A stretch of DNA of 63,228 nt, the filler included. It is 5 parts of 5 records of this genome, joined end to end, with 100 filler letters (N's around TTAATTAATTAA, not from the genome) between each part and the next. Parts side by side here need not be neighbours in the genome. Positions count along the whole stretch, not along the records: positions 52,490 to 58,099 come from DRR378314_2269; positions 58,200 to 63,228 come from DRR378314_2326; 3 more parts are not named here. One strand, written 5' to 3'. Below the pieces are notes generated by a model. It worked only from the letters and a program-made list of their open reading frames with translations. It was not told the DNA's origin and made no database searches. Below, piece by piece: positions 57,801 to 63,228 of this stretch. The stretch's first letter is position 1. The number at the start of each line of letters is the position of its first letter. The position numbers and the translations under genes were made by a program.

Positions 57801-58099
57801 ACGTGCAGCGGGACAATGGATTCGAATTCCAACGATTCCCCCCCGTTTGTACTCCTTATTGACCTGTTTCTTCTTGGTCAGCCGTAGTATCGTCCGCTCG
57901 TCACTGCTTCATGTCGCCCGACGGGACGCTCAACGATCTCTGCGCTCTCCATTCGCACTAGATTTTCCTATGAATTCGGTTTTTAGCTCCTTTTTTGGTA
58001 TTCTTTCTTGCTGTGCACATCCTTCGCTATGTCGTGTGAATGTGCGTTTTCGACAGCGAGGCCTCTTTGTTTGCGGTTGTTTGTGGATTGTCTCTCTTG

Positions 58100-58199
58100 N
58101 NNNNNNNNNNNNNNNNNNNNNNNNNNNNNNNNNNNNNNNNNNNTTAATTAATTAANNNNNNNNNNNNNNNNNNNNNNNNNNNNNNNNNNNNNNNNNNNN
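58100..58199. other. Artificial contig spacer
   Basis: N-run with TTAATTAATTAA. Confidence 0.99.
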
Positions 58200-58586
58200 C
58201 TGCTACTCAGTGCACTGCTGGTACGCCACGCCAATGCGCTGCTGCTGGGAGACGACATGGTCACCGGGCTTGGCATGCAGGCCACCACCATCAAACTGCT
58301 GCTAGGGCTGATCGTGATTGTGCTAGCAGGTAGCTCTGTGGCGCTGGCAGGCATGATTGGGTTTGTGGGGTTAATTGTGCCCCACATGGCACGGGGACTA
58401 TTTGGTATTGATCACCGCTGGCTGCTACCCGCTTGTGCGGTACTGGGCGCCTGCCTACTACTGCTGGCCGATGTCGCTTCACGGTTTCTAATGCCCCCCC
58501 AGCAAGTACCTATCGGCGTCATGACCGCGCTTATTGGCACGCCCTTCTTTATCTATCTGGCGCGACAAAAGATGGCAGGCCAATGA
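58200..58586 (+). CDS. FecCD-family iron-siderophore permease (5' truncated)
   Basis: [24 protein letters not shown]. Confidence 0.9.
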   Translation: MLLSALLVRHANALLLGDDMVTGLGMQATTIKLLLGLIVIVLAGSSVALAGMIGFVGLIVPHMARGLFGIDHRWLLPACAVLGACLLLLADVASRFLMPPQQVPIGVMTALIGTPFFIYLARQKMAGQ

Positions 58587-59623
58587 CGCAAGCAACAACA
58601 CTCCCCCTCAATCACACAACAGAAAGCAAAAGCGCCCGCCTTTTGAATAGCCTGCTGCTGTTAGGCTGCCTGCTTTTCTTCAGCGTCGGCGTATCCCTCT
58701 GCTTGGGTAGCTTTCCCACGCCACCTCTACAGGTTTTACAGACGTTGATTGCCCCTCAAAGTAGCGATATCGCTTTTATTATTTGGGAGCTAAGACTGCC
58801 TCGCATCGTGTTGGCGATACTGGTCGGTGCCGCCTTAGCGGTGGCAGGTGCTATTCTGCAAAGCATTGTGCGTAACCCGCTAGCATCGCCAGATGTCATC
58901 GGCATTACCAGCGGCGCGGCGCTAGCAGCAGTGCTGTTTTTAGCCCTGCTCAGCACGACCCTCAGCATTCGCTGGCTGCCCGTTGCTGCCATGCTCGGTG
59001 CGCTGGTGTCCGCTTTACTGGTCGTCAGTTTGGCGTGGAAGAGCGGCATTAGCCCAGCACGTATGGTACTGGTGGGTATTGGCTTGGCAGCAGCCATGGG
59101 GGCTGGCACTACCTTATTAATCGTCATTAGCGATGACACTGCGGCCATGACGGCCTATGTATGGCTTACCGGCAGCCTTTACGCGGCGCAATGGGAAGAT
59201 GTGTGGGGTCTATTGCCGTGGATATTGGTCGCAGTGCCTATCAGCCTTGTCTTCGCTCGGCATGCGGATGCCATGGCGCTGGGCGACCATGTAGCCGAAG
59301 GACTTGGCGTGCCTATTCTGCGCAGCCGAATAGTACTGCTGGCCTGCAGCGTGGCATTAGCTGGTGCCGCCGTTGCGTTTGCGGGTGGGTTAAGCTTTGT
59401 GGGATTAATTGCGCCCCACTTAGCGGCTCGGCTAGTAGGGCGCAACCTGGCACGATTGGTGCCCGCCTCAGCGCTAGTCGGGGCCTTGATCGTTCTAAAC
59501 GCTGATTTGTTAGGCCGCGTAGCCTTTTTACCCAAAGACTTGCCTGTCGGTATTTTCGTGGCCGGGATAGGCGCGCCCTTCTTTGTGTATTTGCTGCACA
59601 AGGCGCGCTACCGTCCTTACTGA
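58583..59623 (+). CDS. FecCD-family iron-siderophore permease
   Basis: [35 protein letters not shown] overlap with upstream permease. Confidence 0.93.
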   Translation: MTQATTLPLNHTTESKSARLLNSLLLLGCLLFFSVGVSLCLGSFPTPPLQVLQTLIAPQSSDIAFIIWELRLPRIVLAILVGAALAVAGAILQSIVRNPLASPDVIGITSGAALAAVLFLALLSTTLSIRWLPVAAMLGALVSALLVVSLAWKSGISPARMVLVGIGLAAAMGAGTTLLIVISDDTAAMTAYVWLTGSLYAAQWEDVWGLLPWILVAVPISLVFARHADAMALGDHVAEGLGVPILRSRIVLLACSVALAGAAVAFAGGLSFVGLIAPHLAARLVGRNLARLVPASALVGALIVLNADLLGRVAFLPKDLPVGIFVAGIGAPFFVYLLHKARYRPY

Positions 59624-59630
59624 ACTGGGG

Positions 59631-61772
59631 TTAAAAATCGACGCGATAACCGAAGGTCACTGTTCTACCGCGTCCGGCAAAATAGCGCTCGTCGTTCACC
59701 AGTGCACTTTGTGAGTAATAGCTAACGTACTGCTCATCAAGCAGGTTAGCGATGCCGACGTTGACCTGTCCAACGGGAAGTTGGTAGCCCACGGCGGCAT
59801 CCATCAACAGATAGCCGTCAAACTCACGATTGGCTGCGTCGAAGGTTTTATCGAAGGCGTAGTTAGCCTGCACAAAGGTGGAAAGGTTATCTGTCCAATT
59901 GGCAGACCAACTGGCCGTCAGGCGATCTGGCGAGACATCCAGCCCAGACAGCTTGGCGTCTAAACTGCCATCGTCATTACTGTCGTAGCGCCCTTCCATA
60001 CGTGAGTACGCCAAACGGCCGGTGTGTTGGTCGGTAAATTGATAATCTACCGAGGCCTCAAAGCCCTTAATTTCAGTCTCCTGACGCTGCATATAAAAGA
60101 CGTCGTCGACTTCCGTGAGTCGGCTACCGAAGTCGGAGGAGGATTCGTAATAACTAAGCTCAGCGGCTAAGCGGCCATTCTCAAAGCGAACGCCTGTCTC
60201 GGTATTGTCGGTAACGATCGGACTTAGGTTCTCAATGCTATTAACCGATTGATTAGGGGTACTAATGCCTCTCAATGCTCGACCAACATCAGGAATAGAA
60301 AAACCTTCAGAGTAATTGGCGAACAGGCTCCAACGATCCACAGGTTTCCACACTGCGCCGACGTTATAGAGCGTTTCATTGAAACTGGGGTTACCACCGG
60401 CAACATCAACACTATTGTTAGCCGCCACCGTCTGATAGTCATTGATCTTTAGCTTGGCGTACTCATAGCGCGCGCCAGCTGATAGCAGCAGTGAATCCAC
60501 GGGCCTAAACTCAGCCTGAATGAAAGGCGAAAGATCGGTGTACTCTGTTGGCGGCACATAGGTACGGTCGGACTGATATAGGTACTGTTCGGTTTCATCA
60601 AACAGCGTATCAAAACCGCCCGTTAAGGAGAGTCGATCGTTCAGTAGATCATCTTTAGTCAGCGAGACTTTAGTACCAAACTTGCTCGTTGATGCCATGG
60701 ATTGGTCGTAAAAAGATCCCACTGGGGCAATCGCAGGATCCTGGAAAGTCGCTGAGTTGGTTGCCCCAAACAGCGCCTCATAATCCTGATAGAACATCTG
60801 GGCGCTTAAACGCATCCCCGCCAGGTCATAATGATCGTAACTTAGCCCTGTGGTCCAAACTCGGTTATAGGGGGCATCACCTTCGGGGGTGCCACGCTCA
60901 GACGTCGTTACCACACCATTGGCACGATCTCCCGTTACGCTCACATAATTATTGTGGCCCTCAATATTGTAGTGATTGAGGGTAAATTGCAGGCGTTGAT
61001 CGTCGTCAATCCAGTAAGCCAGCTTACCTAAAATATTGAAACTGCGAGAGTCCATCAGGTCGCCCTGGGTATTGTCCACACCCACAGGGTCACTATTTCC
61101 ATCCAGGAATAGCCCCTGATCTTCTAGGCTGGCCGAAAACAGATAATCCACATCACCGCTATTACCACTGACCCCATAGCTAGTTTTATAGCTGAGCGTA
61201 TCGCTATCTAACTCACTAGTGGGAGTCGTTATCTGAACCTCAGCATGCTGATTAAGCGAACCCGGCTCGGGACGTTTAGTGATCAAGTTAATCACGCCGC
61301 CTGCCGCTCCCACCCCATTAGTGGCATTAGCCCCTTGAATCACCTCGATCTGCTCAACCATGGAAAAGTCGATCGTGTGTGCTTCACGACCCGTTGGGCG
61401 CAGAGGATTCGACTGCGGAATACCGTCAATCAGAATCAACGGCTTACGCCCACGAAGGGTTTCACCGCTACCAGTCATCTTTTGGCGGCTGGGGGAGTAA
61501 GAGGGCAACAGGTTACTTAAAATCTGCGATGAATCGCTGGTTAGCTGTAACTGTTGGCTGATCTCCTCCTCGGTGATAACACGCACCGTTTGAGGAGAAT
61601 CCTCTTTTGAGGAATTGGTGCGGGAAGCCGTCACCACCACCGTTTGATTCGCGTCTCCTCGCTCACCTTGTGCTTCAGCGATTGCTGGCGACTGAGCATG
61701 TGCCTGGGTAGCAGCCACCAACCCAGCAAGCGTTACTGTTGGCCAAAACACGTGGCGTTTTTTTATCGACAT
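59631..61772 (-). CDS. TonB-dependent siderophore receptor (IutA/RhtA-like)
   Basis: Start at MSIKKR (61772); TVVVTASR, LRGR..LILIDGIPQS.PLR, IEVIQGA, GGVINLITK, GRGRT, C-terminal Phe. Confidence 0.9.
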   Translation of the reverse strand: MSIKKRHVFWPTVTLAGLVAATQAHAQSPAIAEAQGERGDANQTVVVTASRTNSSKEDSPQTVRVITEEEISQQLQLTSDSSQILSNLLPSYSPSRQKMTGSGETLRGRKPLILIDGIPQSNPLRPTGREAHTIDFSMVEQIEVIQGANATNGVGAAGGVINLITKRPEPGSLNQHAEVQITTPTSELDSDTLSYKTSYGVSGNSGDVDYLFSASLEDQGLFLDGNSDPVGVDNTQGDLMDSRSFNILGKLAYWIDDDQRLQFTLNHYNIEGHNNYVSVTGDRANGVVTTSERGTPEGDAPYNRVWTTGLSYDHYDLAGMRLSAQMFYQDYEALFGATNSATFQDPAIAPVGSFYDQSMASTSKFGTKVSLTKDDLLNDRLSLTGGFDTLFDETEQYLYQSDRTYVPPTEYTDLSPFIQAEFRPVDSLLLSAGARYEYAKLKINDYQTVAANNSVDVAGGNPSFNETLYNVGAVWKPVDRWSLFANYSEGFSIPDVGRALRGISTPNQSVNSIENLSPIVTDNTETGVRFENGRLAAELSYYESSSDFGSRLTEVDDVFYMQRQETEIKGFEASVDYQFTDQHTGRLAYSRMEGRYDSNDDGSLDAKLSGLDVSPDRLTASWSANWTDNLSTFVQANYAFDKTFDAANREFDGYLLMDAAVGYQLPVGQVNVGIANLLDEQYVSYYSQSALVNDERYFAGRGRTVTFGYRVDF

Positions 61773-61822
61773 CCGCTTATTTTCCCTTGCAGTGAGTGAG
61801 TCGCCCAAAAGACAATGCACAT

Positions 61823-61841
61823 CTAAATGATAACGATTAAC
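61823..61841. promoter_or_regulatory. Putative Fur box
   Basis: CTAAATGATAACGATTAAC, 13/19 match to GATAATGATAATCATTATC, upstream of the receptor gene. Confidence 0.6.
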
Positions 61842-61924
61842 TTGTGCATATATTACCAACATGGCTTCATCAACGAAACACGTCGTTCGATTTATCGAAA
61901 TGTACACAGCTGGGACAAAGATTT

Positions 61925-61943
61925 GAAAATGAGAATATTTTGT
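61925..61943. promoter_or_regulatory. Putative second Fur box
   Basis: GAAAATGAGAATATTTTGT, 12/19 match, upstream of the ATPase gene. Confidence 0.45.
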
Positions 61944-61967
61944 CTTACGGTGCTGGCTGCTTAGATC

Positions 61968-62837
61968 ATGCAGGCGATCCTTCCCATGACACTCTCTTCC
62001 TGCCTTACACCTCGGCTTAGAGGTGAAAGCCTTCATGCTGGTTATGAAGACAAGCGCGTGCTAGACGGTGTCGATATCGGCATACAGGAAGGCAAGCTAA
62101 CGGTCCTTTTAGGGCCGAACGGTAGTGGCAAATCCACGCTGTTAAAAACGCTGGCGCGTACACTCACGCCAAGCGCTGGGCACGTTTATCTGGATGGCAA
62201 AGATATTCACCGTAGTAATACGCGGGAAGTCGCTCAACGACTTGGTATTCTTCCCCAGGGGCCGGTCGCCCCTGAGGGGCTGAGTGTGCAACAGCTGGTC
62301 GGAATGGGGCGTTTTCCGCATCAGCGAATGTGGCAAAAAAATGCCGAACAGGATGCTCGCGCAATTCGCGAAGCCATGGCCTACACCAACGTGACCGAGT
62401 TCGCTGAGCGCAACGTTGACGCCCTTTCCGGTGGGCAGCGCCAGCGCTGCTGGATTGCTATGGTGCTGGCTCAGCAAACGGATCTGATCCTGCTGGATGA
62501 ACCCACTACTTTTCTGGATCTCAAGGTGCAGGTCGACTTACTGGCGCTATTGTCACGTTTGGCCCATGAGCATGGCCGCACACTACTACTAGTGCTTCAC
62601 GATCTGAATCTAGCCGCCGCCTACGCTGACCAGTTAATCATGATGCGAGATGGAAAGATCATCACCAGCGGCACGCCTAGCGAAATATTTACCGCCGCCA
62701 ATCTTAAGCGCGTTTTCGATCTGGATGCCCACGTACTTCACGACCCGGTAAGCAACAGCCCAGTGTGCGTTCCCCATAAGTTCACGGCTAACACCCAACA
62801 ACAGCACACCGACTCGGAAGAGCATATCGCCCTATGA
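61968..62837 (+). CDS. Iron-siderophore ABC ATPase (FecE/FhuC family)
   Basis: GPNGSGKST, LSGGQRQRCWIAM.LAQ, LLDEPTTFLD, VLHDLN. Confidence 0.95.
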   Translation: MQAILPMTLSSCLTPRLRGESLHAGYEDKRVLDGVDIGIQEGKLTVLLGPNGSGKSTLLKTLARTLTPSAGHVYLDGKDIHRSNTREVAQRLGILPQGPVAPEGLSVQQLVGMGRFPHQRMWQKNAEQDARAIREAMAYTNVTEFAERNVDALSGGQRQRCWIAMVLAQQTDLILLDEPTTFLDLKVQVDLLALLSRLAHEHGRTLLLVLHDLNLAAAYADQLIMMRDGKIITSGTPSEIFTAANLKRVFDLDAHVLHDPVSNSPVCVPHKFTANTQQQHTDSEEHIAL

Positions 62838-63228
62838 AGCATACTTTCTGCGCCGACCTCAGCCGTGAACAGAATGATCCATTAGCCGGGAGCGCTGCCC
62901 ATGCCGAACGCAATCTATTAATCAGTTGGCCGCGCGCAAAGTGGCTGCGCAAGTTGCGCCATGCCAGCGACATGAACGACACGCTGAAACAGACACTAGA
63001 TGACATTGCCGATAGCGGCCTACGTATTAACCTGATTCAGCAACCGGGAATGGATAAACATCAGCACCAGGTATTTCTGATGCCAGAACGACGGCGCTTT
63101 CTGATTGCCCGCCATCACTTAGAAGACTTTTTAAGCGCTCTGCAAACAGGCAACAGCCTGGCAGAGTGGGAACAGCCACCGCTAGAAAAAGACCTACTGC
63201 TCTGCTGCACCCACGGCACAAAAGACAA
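62834..63228 (+). CDS. Sucrase/ferredoxin-like (thioredoxin-fold 2Fe-2S, Apd1/Aim32-like) protein, 3' truncated; not in the ORF track
   Basis: Manual translation MKHTFCADLSREQNDPLAGSA...LLISWP...W...DLLLCCTHGTKD; ATGA overlap with the ATPase stop. Confidence 0.8.
   Translation, partial: MKHTFCADLSREQNDPLAGSAAHAERNLLISWPRAKWLRKLRHASDMNDTLKQTLDDIADSGLRINLIQQPGMDKHQHQVFLMPERRRFLIARHHLEDFLSALQTGNSLAEWEQPPLEKDLLLCCTHGTKD

Noticed and set aside
61773-62036. 88-aa N-terminal extension on the siderophore receptor (possible signalling domain)
   Set aside because: It precedes the signal peptide and overlaps the Fur-like boxes and the divergent gene; the real start is 61772.

Overview
This window is not one locus. 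It is five unrelated contigs joined by artificial 100-nt spacers (44 N + TTAATTAATTAA + 44 N). (1) 1-21824: alphaproteobacterium, probably Hyphomonadaceae/Caulobacterales. It carries the atpD/atpC end, a divergent S9 peptidase and Cys-rich TonB-dependent receptor followed by a sulfotransferase-fold gene, then DsbA-like, PLP decarboxylase, ubiA, aldehyde dehydrogenase, rsmE, gshA, a POT peptide transporter, rhodanese, tldD, a TPR protein and cox II/I. (2) 21925-34450: GC-rich, intron-containing eukaryote. It has the 5' part of ATR kinase, a divergent 8-exon gene that fuses an RmlD/MAT2B-like SDR reductase to the NatC catalytic subunit Naa30/Mak3 inside a single exon, and a 2H phosphoesterase. 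(3) 34551-52389: Marinobacter-like gammaproteobacterium with a YbbA/YbbP-type ABC system, an SDR and a polar amino acid (LhpP-like) ABC transporter. These are followed by about 17 co-oriented small genes with degenerate attC-like sites, gene-start scars, an internally deleted pseudogene and a probable IS3-family end. (4) 52490-58099: eukaryote with a low-complexity exon, an unidentified spliced gene and the N-terminal part of a CTDSPL2/SCP4-like phosphatase. (5) 58200-63228: Halomonas-like siderophore uptake locus whose ATPase is translationally coupled to a sucrase/ferredoxin-like (Apd1/Aim32-type) gene missing from the ORF track. The best candidates for new biology are the SDR-Naa30 fusion, the ferredoxin-like gene in the siderophore operon, and the peptidase/receptor/sulfotransferase islet. 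All taxon and family calls come from motif recognition by eye; no database searches were run.
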